Origin: the human T2T-CHM13v2.0 reference genome, Homo sapiens | Assembly: GCF_009914755.1 (NCBI RefSeq) | Contig: NC_060942.1 | Strand: one strand, 5' to 3' | DNA length: 64,000 bases | Shown: positions 29,040 through 46,348 of the stretch, one piece after another | Layout: every line of letters begins with the position of its first letter | Position numbering within the stretch: the stretch's first letter is position 1 | The notes under the pieces: model-generated | Database searches by the model: none | Told to the model about the DNA's origin: nothing | The model's input: the letters and a program-made list of their open reading frames with translations, nothing else | Made by a program: the position numbers and the translations under genes

Positions 29040-30320
29040 CATCCTTAAGGGACCACACTTCCTCCTGGCTGTTCTCTGGCTGGCTGTTCTTGTGGTGTTT
29101 TCTTTGCCTGTTCCTTCTCCACCATATGAGCTTTACAAAGAAGAGGCTGTACTTCCTCAAGCTCTCTTCTCTGTCAGGAGTCCCAGGATGGGGCACACAC
29201 TCTCTGTGTGCTTTCTCATTGCAATGTTCCCCACCCTTCCCTGTCTCACTCCTCACTTTCTTTTTCCCTTTTGCTGCCCTGGGGTATCACCTTCCAAATA
29301 AAAAGTATTAGTGCATAATCTTTAACTCTTCTCTGTTTCTAGAGTACCCAAATTAAGACTCATGGCTTTACATACTATCTATTACTCTTCTCATTTAAAT
29401 TATAGCTCACACCTCTCCTCTGATTTCCAAATTGCCTGTTTGACAGCTCCAAACCCGCTCTCCCCTTCCGCCTGTCTTTGCCATCAGAGCAAATGGAAAT
29501 TCCCTGTTTCAGCTGGTCAAATGAACACTTGGCTGTAACCCTCAATTTATGTCCCTCATACTCCTCATCCAATCAATCAACACACATTGTGAGCCTTTCT
29601 TCAATTCCACTCGGAGAAGAACTCCTTCCGCCTTTAACAATGTCTTGGTCCCACCTTCGTTCCTTGCCTTTGTGGATCCAGTTGCCTTCTGAAAGGTTTT
29701 TCTGATGCCATCTGACATCCGAATGGTGTGATCTCCACATTGTAACCGGTAATGCTTAGGCACGTCAAATCCTTTCACCCTGGCCAGACTACCCCACTGG
29801 CTTTCCTTTTTAACTAATATTCTGGTCTCTAACTTTGCTCTCAAAAGGGATCCTGTTGAGCAAAGCACTGTAACTTCTCTGACTTACCTACTCCTATTTC
29901 CCCACTTCTTGCTTATCCATTCACTTCATCAGACAGGCCCAAGTACCTTTTGTAAGTACAACAGGTCTGTTGTATTTACTTTTCAGTCTGGCTGGTAGTT
30001 TTTCCCTCAGGAAGTCTTTGCTTTCTCCAAATCTCTAGTCAAATGTTATTAGTAAGGCTTGACCTAACCACCCAATACATAAAAGCAGCTCCCTCTACCC
30101 CTTCTTATTGCCCTCATCCTGCTTTACTTTTTGACAGGAGTCCTTTCCACTATTTTGCATGCTGTATATTTATTCGTTCATGTCTTCCTTATTTTTCTCT
30201 CCACTGGAATAACAACTCCAGGGCATGCATTAATATAGTGATATATCCTTTTCACTAAGGTAATATCTTATACATGATAGTCTCTCTAAGAAAATATGTT
30301 ATAGGAATGAACAAATGTTC
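29040..30320 (+). mobile_element. L2 ORF2/3' fragments
   Basis: C/T-rich L2 text ('ggagtcccagga', 'atttccaaattgcctgtttgaca') ending in an 'aatgaacaaatg' tail. Confidence 0.65.
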
Positions 30321-30550
30321 AATCCAACTTAATTCACAAAGTATTTATTGATCACTTTCTGAACACAGACATGTGGCGATAGATACCAGAGATGCCGTGC
30401 GGCAATGAAGAGCCTGAAGTCTGTGCTGCTCTCGAACTCAAGATCTGCACAGCAGCACCTGCAGTGAATCTTCCACAGGCTCTTGCCTCTCAAGCTTATC
30501 TTCACTGAGCTCCATGTACCCATCGTAATTCTCTGCTCAGCTACATTGTA

Positions 30551-33562
<3,012 letters not shown>

Positions 33563-34619
33563 CATTATAAAAATTTTTTAATAGGCCTGGTTTTTATTAT
33601 ACAGTGAGAACAGAGATATGTTTTTCTTTTCTCCTCTGCTTTGAACTGGCCCTGACCGATCCCAAGCTGTGCTCAACTGCGTCTTTGCCAGCCCATCCCA
33701 AAGTTCTTTCTGTTTTTGTTGGTGACCTCACTATGCTATCACCATTCTTTGGCACGGCAGTTTAAATACTCGTAGTAATGTCCTAGTTCCTCAAACTTTC
33801 AGCTCATATCTGATGTCTCCCAGTCCTGATCTTAAGAAAGAATCAGGCAGCTATCCTTTACATTTGGAAATACAGTTAGTAAAAGTTAACGTGTCCCTTA
33901 AGAGTTCTGGCTGCAGATTCATTGAACCTTCAACTCTTTGTCTATTTCCTGCCAGTTAGTGAGTTTAAAGCATGATGGCTATAATCAATTCAGAATCCAT
34001 ATAATGAATTTAATCCTTTAACATCTGGTAAATAAAGCATATTATCTGTGACAAATATTGGTAATCTTTGTTTGGTGGGTGGAAGTGGTACATATACCAT
34101 TCTGTGGTAGCAATATTTGATCTAAAAACAAAAACTACCATAAAGTATTTTCATTATGTGAGTCAAACGATCTTTGTGATACTTTCTGTAGCTGTGAAGT
34201 ATTGAAAGTGATTATCCTCATTCTAGAATCTGAGGTATGGAATAGCCTGTTTTCAGTAGAATGTTTTCCCCTTTTTTACCTTGTCATGGATTGCTGTATT
34301 ATGGATTCAAAATATTATAAAATACATTAAATAGAAAATACTATCTACTAAACAAATGAAAGTATAAAAATGGCTCCTCATAACTAGTGAACTCATCTAC
34401 ATTTCTATCATCAAAATGGCACAATTTAGCAGGACAAGAATATAAACCCTTATTTTTAACAAATTTTTTGGATAAAACATGACAAATTGATTTTACATGT
34501 AATTAATGTTATATCTACTACAAATTATAAAAATCAAGGAAAGTGTAGCAACATGAATAGCTGCAATTTCCACAACAGTGGTATAGAAATATATGATTGA
34601 AGTATTGAGATTTTTAATA

Positions 34620-34880
34620 AACATTTTATATTGGAATAATTTTAGACTTGCTGAAAAGTTGTAAAGATAGTACAGAGTTCCAATCCAGTCCTCATTCAGT
34701 CTACTCAAATGACAACACCCTACAATACCATGACACTTCATCATGACTAAGATGTCAACATTGGCACACTACTACTACGTCAGTCTACACTTCATTTACA
34801 TTTCACTGATTTATTGCTCCCATTAAGGCCTTTTATTTTTTTCTTCCAGGATTAAATATTGGATACATTGCATTTACAGC
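34620..34880 (-). mobile_element. L1MC/MD 3' end fragment
   Basis: 'ttggaataattttagacttgctgaaaagttgtaaagatagtacagagttc'. Confidence 0.7.
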
Positions 34881-37800
34881 ATGATGAATTTGGGTAAATA
34901 GATTCTCATAGGGAAGTTTAAAATGTGTCTTCATATAATTGGTTACAAGCAAGACCACATTATACAGCAATTTAAATAAAAGACCTTAGGTTAAAGAATA
35001 GGATACTGCAGAAAAATTGTAATAATATAAAAAATTTCTTTCTTCAATAGGCTTTATTTTTATCTCCCCTATTATGTGTTTGACATTTCCCTTTGAAAAA
35101 TTTTTTCTTTTTAATTATATTCAGATATAAAATCTTAGAAGTGACTTTAAAAAAAAATCTGTGAAATGCAGGGGAATAATTCAGTTGTTTAACCTTCACA
35201 AGAATAACTGTTCTAAAAATCAAGTGATTTTACTACATAACACTTCCTATTGTAGAAAATAATAGTCACATTTGTCACATTCAAAGAGAGTCAACTAAAA
35301 ATCCACATATTTGTGTTACAAATTTCAAAATTTTTGCATTTGAAGCAAAACCTTTAGACTTTTGATAATTATAATGGAAACTCTAACTACTTTTAAAAAC
35401 CTGGTGTGAAGACTGTAGTTCAACAAATTCAGCTTTAAATTATTATTATATACAAGGAGAAATTTTGTCTTCATCATTCTTACTGCAGAGTTACATCTAA
35501 ATTTAAAACTGAGAGATTTCTTATGTTTGTGTTACATGGGAAGGATCAATTGCTCATTGAAATAGCAGTGCAAAGTTTATCAACTTTATATGATGGAAAG
35601 GCTAACTATTAAATGCTGAGACAGAAGCATAACATCTATTTCTAAGTGCAAAACCATTCTCAGAGCCTTCTCAGGACCAGTGACCAAGCATTTCGGCATT
35701 TGTAGGCATGTGTTTGTTTTTCACGCTTCAAGTCGATATCTACACGTTAATTTCTTAGAATAGAATAAATACCATTTTAGAATGTGACAGTTTCAAACTG
35801 TAATAAATAGAAAGGACAGTTGTGTAGATAGATACTTTAAAAATATATATTTAGTGACTTCTTCACTCTGCATACAGCAGCTTATTTAAGGGTAAGTTAT
35901 GCTAATCTTAAAGGTCTTATACTTATTTTCTTTCAATAACACACAGTACATTTCAGTGAAACAGTTGCTGCTATGTATTTTGTTCTTTTCAAAAAAGGAA
36001 AAGTTGAAAGAGTTAGCATTATTTCCGCTGTTCTACACCCCCACCTCATTTTCCTGATCTGTCCAGATTTGTCTGACATAGGCATTATTTGAAAGGAAGA
36101 CTTACCTACATTGTCTTTATACTTCAAAAGATGCTCCGGAAGGATGAATTCAGGGAACTTCCTGTTTTCACCTTTTCCTGACCCTGGAGGGCTCTATTAG
36201 TTCAAGTGTGTATGTTTCTTTTCAATAAGCTATCTGTAGTCTGCAGCATGAACCATTTGCATTAATCCCACCATCATATGGATTCAAGGAGCACTGATGT
36301 ATTTTTAAAGAGTGCATTCCTATTTTCATGGAATCCTAGAATATACTCTGTAATAAATCTGGGTTCACAGTAAAGTTCTTCAGCCACAGTTCCTCCTGTG
36401 TGGTCACAAGTCTTTTTTTGACACAAGTATCATTTCAGACCTCATGACACTAAGTAAAGATGAGATAAACTGCAATGATTCAACTGACTTGAGAATAATG
36501 AGGGATGAAGGCCAAAAAAGAATACGAATCTGTCCACAACCTTGTATCAAAATAGAAATCAAAACAAAACAATTCAGAATATCAACCTACTTGGATAAGG
36601 AGGAAGTTATTATGGCCATATTTTGGTGTATAGCTAAACTTTCTTAAATGACGTCTTTTACTACATACAATCCAGAATTGAAAGATTCCATTTCAAAAAG
36701 AACATTTACAGTTCTTAATTTTCTAATTCTCACCACTTTGGGTACTACCACCCAATAGCAGTCAGTGACACTAGCTAGCATACAGTCTAGTGTGTGGATT
36801 ACACCACCTAGACTTCACTCCCAGTCAGTGCTGCTTATCCTCAGTTCTTAATCTCAGGCCTTTGAGAGCTACTTTACAATTATTTTTAGATAACTATAGC
36901 AGAACTACTTAATTTGACAGCTTATTTGATAGTTACATTTTAATATAACTCGTCTAATTTTTTAAGTGACTTAAAGTTTTATGGTACATACTAGGTGAAC
37001 AAATATGGGGTGCATGAGATATTTTGATACAGGCACAAAATGCATAATAATCACATCAGGGTGATTGTTATGGGGTATCCCTAATATGGGGGTATCCATC
37101 TCCTCAAGCATTTATCCTTTCTTTGTGATACAAGCAATCCAATTATACTATACTAGTTATATCAAAATGTACAATAAATTATTGTTGACTGTAGTCACCC
37201 GGTTGTGCTAGCAAATAGTAAATCTTATCCATTCTAACTATATTTTTGTACCCTTTAACTATCCCACTTCACCTTCCCACCCATTACCTTCCCCAGCTTC
37301 TGGTAACCATCATTTTCCTCCCTATCTCAATGAATTTAATTATTTTAATTTTTAGCTCCCATCAGTAAGTGAAGACATGTGAAGTTTGTCCTTCTGCACC
37401 TGGGTTTTTTCAGTTAGCCGAATGGCCTCCAGTTGCATCTATATTGTTTCAAATGACAGATTTCATTCCTTTTTATTGCTGAATAGTCCTCCATTGTGTA
37501 TATGTACCAAGTTTTCCTTATCCATTCATCCGCTGATGGACACATAGGTTACTTTCAGATCTTGGCTACTGTGAGTAGTGCTGCAATAACCATGAGAGTG
37601 AAGATACCTCTTCAGTATATGGATTTCGTTTCTTTTGGGTATATACCTAGCAGTGGGATCCTGGATCATATGTTAGTTCTGATTTTAGTTTTGAGGAAAC
37701 TCCAAACTGTTTTCCATAGTGATTGTATTAATTTACATTCCTGCCCACAGTGTATAAGGGTTTCCTGTTCTCCGTATCCTTGCCAGCATTTGTTATTGCC

Positions 37801-39789
37801 TGTCTTTTGGATAAAAGCCATTTTAACTGGAGTGAAATGATATTTCATTGTAGTTTTGATTTGCATTTCTGGGATGATCAATGATGTTGAGGAGCTTTTC
37901 ATATACTGGTTTGCCATTTGTATGTCTTCTTTTGAAAAATGTCTATTCAAATATTTTCCCTATTTTTTTTATCAGATTATTAGATTTTTTTTTCCTTTTG
38001 AGTTGTTTGGTCTCCTTATGTATTCTGGTTATTAAGCCCTTGTCAGATAGATAGTTTGCAAATATTTTCTCCCATTCTGTAGGTCGTATCTCCATTTTGT
38101 GGATTGTTTCCCTGGCTGTGCAGAAAATTTTTAACTTGATGTAATCCCATTTGTCCATTTTTGCTTTGGTTGCCGTGTGCTTACAGAATATTATTCAAGA
38201 TGTCTGTGCTCACTCCAATGTTCTGGAGAGTTTCTCCCAATGTTTTCTTTCAGTAGTTTCATAGTTTGAGGCCATAGATTTAAGTCTTTAACCCATTTTG
38301 ATTTGATTTTCGTATACAGTGAAAAATAGGGGTCTGATTTCATTCTTCTGCATATGGATAGGATGTCCAGTTTTCCCAGTACCATTTATTGAAGACACTG
38401 TAATTTCTCCCATGTATGTTATTGGCACCTGTGTAGAAAATGAGTCAACTGTAGATGTACAGATTTACTTCTGGGTTTTCTGTTTTGTTCTGTTGGTCTA
38501 TGTATCTGTATTTATGCGAGTACCCTGTGCTTTTGTTTACTGTAGCTCTGTCGTATAATTTGAAGTTAGGTAATGTGGTTACTCCAGTTTTATTATTTTG
38601 ATTCAGGATAGCTTTTGCTCTTCTGGGTCTTTTGTGGTTTCATACAAATTTTAGAAATTTTTTCTTCTATTACTGTGAAGAATGCAATTGGTATTTTGAT
38701 AGTGAGTGTATTAAATCTGTAGATTCCTTTAGATAGTATCAGCATTTTAACTATATTGATACTTCCAATCCATGAACATGAAATATCTTTCCATTTCTTT
38801 GTTTTTTCCTCAATTTCTTGCATCAATGTTTTTATAGATTTCATTGTCAGGATCTTTCACTTCATTGGTTAAGTTTATTCTTAGGCATTTTATTTTATTT
38901 GTAACTCTTTTAAATGGGATTACTTTCTTGATTTCTTTTTCATATTGTTCACTGTTGACATAAAGAAATACTACTAATTTTTGTATGTTAATTTTGTATC
39001 CTACAACTTTACTAAATTTATCAGTTATAATAGTTTTTTTGGATGGAGTCTTTAGGTTGTTCTACATATAAGATCCTATCATGTGAAAATGAGGATAATT
39101 TGACTTCTTCCCTTCCTATTTAGATGACCTTTATTTCTCTTTCTTTTCTGATTGCTCTAGGTAGGACTTTCAGTACTATGTTGGATAACAGTGGTGAAAG
39201 TAGGCATGCTTGTCTTGTTCCAGATTTTAGTGGAAAGGCTATCAGTTTTTCTCCATTCACTGATACTAGCTGTTGGTCTGTTATATATGGCTTTTATTGT
39301 GTTGAGTTGTGATCCTTCTATCTCATTTTTTGACGATTCTTATCATGAAGGGATGTTGAATTTTATCAAATGCTTTCTCAGCATCAAGTAATATGACCGT
39401 ATGTCTTGTTCTTATTTTGTCTTTCGTTCTGTTTATATGATGTATCACATTGATTGATTTGTATATATTGAACGATTTTTGCATCCCTGGGATAAATCCC
39501 AGTTTGTCATGATGAATGACCTTTTTAATGTGTTGTTGATTTCAGTTTGCTAGTATTTTGTTGAATATTTTTTCACCAATGTTCATCAGAAATATTAACC
39601 TGTAGTTCTGTCTTTTTGATGTGTCTTTGTCGGGTTTGGTATCTGAGTAATACTGGCCTCATAGAATAAGACTGGAAGTATTCCCTTCCCCTGTATTTTA
39701 TTTATTTATTTTTTTTGGAATAGTTTGAGTAGGATTGATATTAGCTCTTCTTTAAACGTTTGGAAAAATTTAGCAGTGATGCTATTGGA

Positions 39790-40760
<971 letters not shown>

Positions 40761-42753
40761 TAGATTTTGGATTTCTTCCTGGTTCAATCTTCATGGGTTT
40801 TATATGTCTGGGAATTTGTCCATTTTTTTTCTAGGTTCTCCAATTTATTGGCATATAGTTGCTCATAGTAGCCTCTAATGATCCTTTAAATTTTTGTGGC
40901 ATCTGTTGTAATGTTTTCTTTATCAACTCTGATTTTATTTATTTTTTCTTCTATTTTTTCTTAGTTTGGCTAAATGTTTGTCAATTTTCTTTATCCTTTT
41001 AAGAAAGCAATTTCTCATTTTGCTGATCTTTTTTGTTGTTAAGTTTTAATTGTATTTATTTCTGCTCTGATAATTATTTTTTCTCTACTGTTTTTGAATT
41101 TGATTTGCTCTTGCTTTTCTAGTTCTTTAAGATACATCAAGATGTTTATTTGAAGGTTTTTTTACTTTTATGATGTAGGCATTCATTGCTATAAACTTTA
41201 CTTAGTACTTCTTTCACTCTACCCAATAGGTTTTATTATATTGGGTTTCCATTTTCATTTGTTTGAAGAAATTTTGAAATTTCCTTCTTAATTTCTTCAT
41301 TGGCCCACTGGTCATTTAGGAACATATTGTTTGCTTTCCATGTGTTTGTGTAGTTTCCAAAATTCCTCGTTATAGATATCTTTATTCAATTGTGGTCAGA
41401 AAATGTACTTTACATAATTTCAATACATAAAAAGAATTTTAAGACTTGTTTTGTGACCTAACATTTGGTTATCCTTGAGAATGATCCACATACTAAGGAG
41501 CAGAATGTGTATCCTGCAGCCATTGGATGTCATATTCTGTAAATATCTATTAGGTCCATATTTTCTATAGTGCACATTACGTCCAATGTTTCTTTGTTGA
41601 TTTTCTGCATGGAAGATCTGTCCAGTGGTGAAAGTGGAGTGTCTAAATCTCCAGTATGTATTATGTATATATATAGAGAGAGATAGACTTATCTCTCACC
41701 TTATTAGTTAAGGTGATTTTCTCTGGTACAGGCATGCTTCATTCTGTTTTACTCCTTTTTCTTTTGTCTTTTCTGCCTCTATTTTCAAATAGCCTGTCTT
41801 AAATATCACTAATTATTTCTTCTGCTTGATCAATTCTGTTATTAAAAGATTCTGACACATTCTTCAGTGTGTCAATTGCATTTTTCAGCTCCAGAATACT
41901 TTCTGCTTGATTCTATTATGTTATTTTAGTCTCTTCGTTAAATTTATCTGGTAAGGCTTTAAATTTCTTTCTGTTGTCTGAAATTTTACTATTTTGAATT
42001 ATCTTTCTGAAAAGTTGCATATCTCTGTCCAAAATTGGTCACTAGTGCCTTATTTAGTTTGTATGATGAGGTCACGTTTTCCTGGTTGGTCTTGATGCTC
42101 GTGAATGTTCAACAGTGTCTAGGCATTGAAGTATAGGTATTTATTGTAATTTTCACTGTCTGAGCTGTTTTGTACCTGTCCTTCTTGGGATGGCTTTCCA
42201 GGTAGTCACAGGGTCATGGGCGTTGTGATCTGTTTTTGGTTACTGCAGCCATATCTGCATTAGTGGCTCCCTAAGCCCAGCAACATTGTGGTTTTCACAG
42301 ACTTGTAGAGGAGATGCCTTTTTGGTATTGAGTAATGTCTGGAAGAATTCCCTGGATTACCAGGAAGAGACCCTTTTTCTCTTCTCTTACTTTTCCCTAA
42401 ACAAATGAAGTATCTCTGTGCTGAGCTACCTGGAGTTGGAGGAAGGGTGACAGAAGCATCTCTGTGGCCACCAGCACTGGGACTGCCCTGAGTTAGACTT
42501 TAAAACAGTACAACACTGATTGTCACCCAAGGCTCATGATGACCATTGCCTGGCTACCACCTGTGTTCACTCAAGGCTCAAGAACTTTACAATCAGCTGG
42601 TGGTGAATCCAGCTATGTTTGTGTTCTACCCTTCAGTGTGGTGACTTTTTCCCAGCCTCAGGCAGGTCCAGAGATGCTGCCTGGGACCCAGGGCCTGGAG
42701 TGGGGGAGACTTAGGAATCTACTTCATGCTCTATTCTACTGTGGCTGAGCTGA

Positions 42754-42945
<192 letters not shown>

Positions 42946-44347
42946 TGAGCTCTGTTCTGACTCAGAGCAGGTCCAGAAATGCCATCCAGGAGCCAAGGAC
43001 TGGAATCAGGGACGCTGGGAGCCTGTTTGGTGCTCTATCCCAATGTGGCTGAGCTGGTACCCAAGTTGCAAGATGAGATCCCCTTCCTTTATTCTTCCCT
43101 CTCCTTTCCTCAAGCACGAGACTTTCCTTGTAGCCACCACATCTGGGAATGTGCTGGGCCACACCTGAAGCCAGCACACTTCTGAGTCTCACCCAAAGCC
43201 TGTGACCAATATAGTCTGGTTCCCACTGCTGATTATTCAGATCCCAAGGACTCTTTAGTCAGCAGGCGATCAATCCTACCAAGACTGGGTCCTTTCCTTC
43301 AAGGCTGCAGGTTCTCTTCTGGCACAGGGTGTATATAGAAATGTTGCCTGGGAGCTAGAAGCTGGAATGGGGGCCTTGGAATGCTGCCTGCTGTCCAGTT
43401 CTACTATGGCTGAGCTGGTATCCAAGTTGCAAAAGAACTTTTCTTTATTCTCTCTTCTTTCCTCAAGCAGAGGATAAGATTCTTTTCCGGAGTTGCATGC
43501 TGCACTGACTGGGGTTGGGGGAGAAGTAATGCAAGCACTCACTTGGTCACCTCAGCTGGTGTCTCACTAGGTTGCATGCACCCCAAGTTCACTGGATCCC
43601 ACCCCAGAACAGCCTCAGGACTTGCCCAGGAATTGCAGTCCTTGTGGCTTAGAATGCCTTGCAAATTTATTTAGGACCCCAGAATGCTTTAGCCCATTGT
43701 GGTAAAGCTTGCTGAAACTCAGGTTTCGACTGCTCAGATGGATGATTCCCCTTTGGCTAGGACTAGTTTAAATACTCTGTCTGTGAAAGCCAGCTGAGTT
43801 CTGCTGTGTATTGTTTTCCTTTGTAATGGGACAGCACTGATTTCCAATGCAAAGTCCCATAATGACTGTGCTCTCCCTCCCATAAGTGTACACATTCTCT
43901 CTCCACACCACATGGCCACTGCCAGGGGATGAGAAAGGGGTTGTGTAGATGATTCAAGACTGTCTTTCCTATCTCCTTCATGCCAATTTCTTTAATATGA
44001 TGTTAAAACCATATGACCACCTACTTGATTTTTGGTTCTTATAAAGGTGTTTTTTTGCATGTGGATACTGATTCAATTTGGTTATCCCATGAGTGAGACT
44101 ATAACTGGAAGCTTCTATGTAGCCATCTTGCACTGACTTTTTCAGTATAATCTTTTTATTAAATGTATCACTCACTGTATGATGTTTACAACTTCCAATC
44201 TCTTCAATTACTCTTTCTTTCAGCACCCTTTTTGTGGTTTTATTTTGGCCATGGTTTTCGGAAAGAGAGAAGATGAACATTGGGTAAATATTCTGATTGG
44301 TCCCTGCCACCTTATACAAATAATGCTGGTAATATAGAAGCATTAAA

Positions 44348-44448
44348 TCTCTTGAACCAGAGAGATGAAGGTTGCAGTGTGCTGAGATCACACCACTGCA
44401 CCCCAGCCTGGGCGACAGAGCAAGACTTCATCTAAAAAAAAAAAAAAA
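44348..44448 (+). mobile_element. Alu right-arm 3' fragment
   Basis: 'cttgaaccag...ggttgcagtg...cagcctgggcgacagagcaagac' plus poly(A). Confidence 0.9.
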
Positions 44449-45299
44449 GCCTCATCAAAAAGTGGGCCAAGGATATGAACAGACACTTTTCAGAAGAAGA
44501 TATTTATGCAGCCAAGAAACATATGAAAAAAAGCTCAACATCACTGATTAGTAGAGAAATTCAAATCAAAACCACAATGAGATACCATCTCACACCAGTC
44601 AGAATGGCAATTATTAAAAAGTCAAGAAACAGTAGATACTGGTGAGGGTGTGGAGAAACAGGAATGCTTTTACACTGTTGGTGGGAATGTAAGTTAGTTC
44701 AACCATTGTGGATGACAGTGTGGCGATTCCTCAAGGGTCTAGAACTAGAAATACCATTTGACCCAGCAATCCTATTATTGAGTATATACCCAAAGAATAG
44801 AAATCATTCTAGTGTAAAGACACATGCACATGTATGTTTATTGCAGCACTATTTACAATAGCAAAGACATGGAACCAACCCAAATGCCCATCAGTGACAG
44901 ATTGGATAAAGAAAATGTGGTACATATACGCCATGGAATACTGTGCAGCCATAAAAATGAATGAGATCATGTCCTTTGCAGGAACATGGATGAAGATGAA
45001 AGCCATCCTCCTCAGCAAACTAACATGGGAACAGAAAACCAAACACCACGTGTTCTCACTCATAAGTGGGAGTTGAAAAGTGAGAACACATGGATACAGG
45101 GGATACATGCTCAGGCCAGTGGGTTGGGGCAGAGGCGAGGGGAGGGAGAGCATTAGGACAAATAGCTAACGCATGTGGGGCTAAAAACCTAGATGGTGGG
45201 TTGATAGGTGCAGCAAATCACCATGGAACATGTATATCTATGTAACAAACCTACACATTCTGCACTTGTATCCAGGAACTTAAAGTGAAAAAAAAAAAA
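44449..45299 (+). mobile_element. L1PA8-like 3' end
   Basis: ORF2 C-terminus (MFIAALFTIAKTWNQPKCPS) and 3' UTR 'gcattaggacaaatagctaacgcatgtgggg' with poly(A). Confidence 0.9.
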
Positions 45300-45409
45300 T
45301 CGTATCTTTAAGTACCTGTAAGTTGCTTATTTCTCTAATACGTGGCAGACAAGGAAAAATACACTACTTTATCAGGCTCTTCCACACAATGATAACGATG
45401 ATGATAATT

Positions 45410-45620
45410 ATAATAGTAACTAATATTTCTTGAGTGTTTACCTTGTGTTATGTATCATGCTAAACACTTTCTGCATCCTGTCTTGCTCACATTGCCATTT
45501 TAAAAAGAGAAAACTGAGTCTTAGAAAATTAGTTGACCAAGGTCACAAAAGTAATAGCGGTCTTTCATTGACTGGATCCCAGGCCTATTTTACTTCGGAG
45601 TCTACTTTCTTAAACCCTGC
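45410..45620 (-). mobile_element. MIR fragment
   Basis: 'attttaaaaagagaaaactgagtcttagaaaattagttgaccaaggtcaca'. Confidence 0.65.
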
Positions 45621-46348
45621 ACATATTTCTTCCTTAAAACATACACTATCTATATATGATTAGACACTTCTTTCCTATTACATTTTCTATTTCTTATTTG
45701 GCCTTTCATTTTCATTTTCAAAGAGCATTACAAATACTTTTGTTACAATTCTACATGACGGCCTACTAGTTTTCTACTATCAAAGTATTTGTTTAACTGG
45801 CATTTTACATCCTAGAAGTAAATGATAAAATATTAAAATAAAGAGCCAAGGACAGAGCCCATCTGGATGACGCTCTTGCACATCAAACAGCAATCTTAGG
45901 GAATGCATATTTTTCTTGAAATATCCACTATCTGCTATTACTCAGCCATATATTGATGATATTTCAAGATGAAGGCATAGAAATATAAAGGCTCAGAGAT
46001 CTGCTGCAGAGAAGACTCAGAAAAAATGGAAAGAATTTGAATTTAGCAGCTTTTTGCAGAAGAGTTGAGAGGGTACTGGGAAGTGAGATTTGTAGGAATT
46101 GATATAGGGTCTGAGTTAGACGTACAGAAATAATCCGTAGGAGCAAGAGAAATACCCCAAGGCTGCGGCAAACTCTGCATCATGCAGGAAAGGGATGCTT
46201 TCTGATTTTTTATAAGAAAAATGGAGTGTCCTCTTTGATAAGGAAATAGAGAAATTGTGAGATCTCATAGACTATCATCAAAGAAAAAAACCCAGGAAGA
46301 AAAGTGTATATTATAAGGCAAAACTCCAGTAATAAAAAATAAGGTATG

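Noticed and set aside
37666-38844. Minus-strand ORFs as a gene
   Set aside because: They are fragments of L1 ORF2p in a decayed L1MA.
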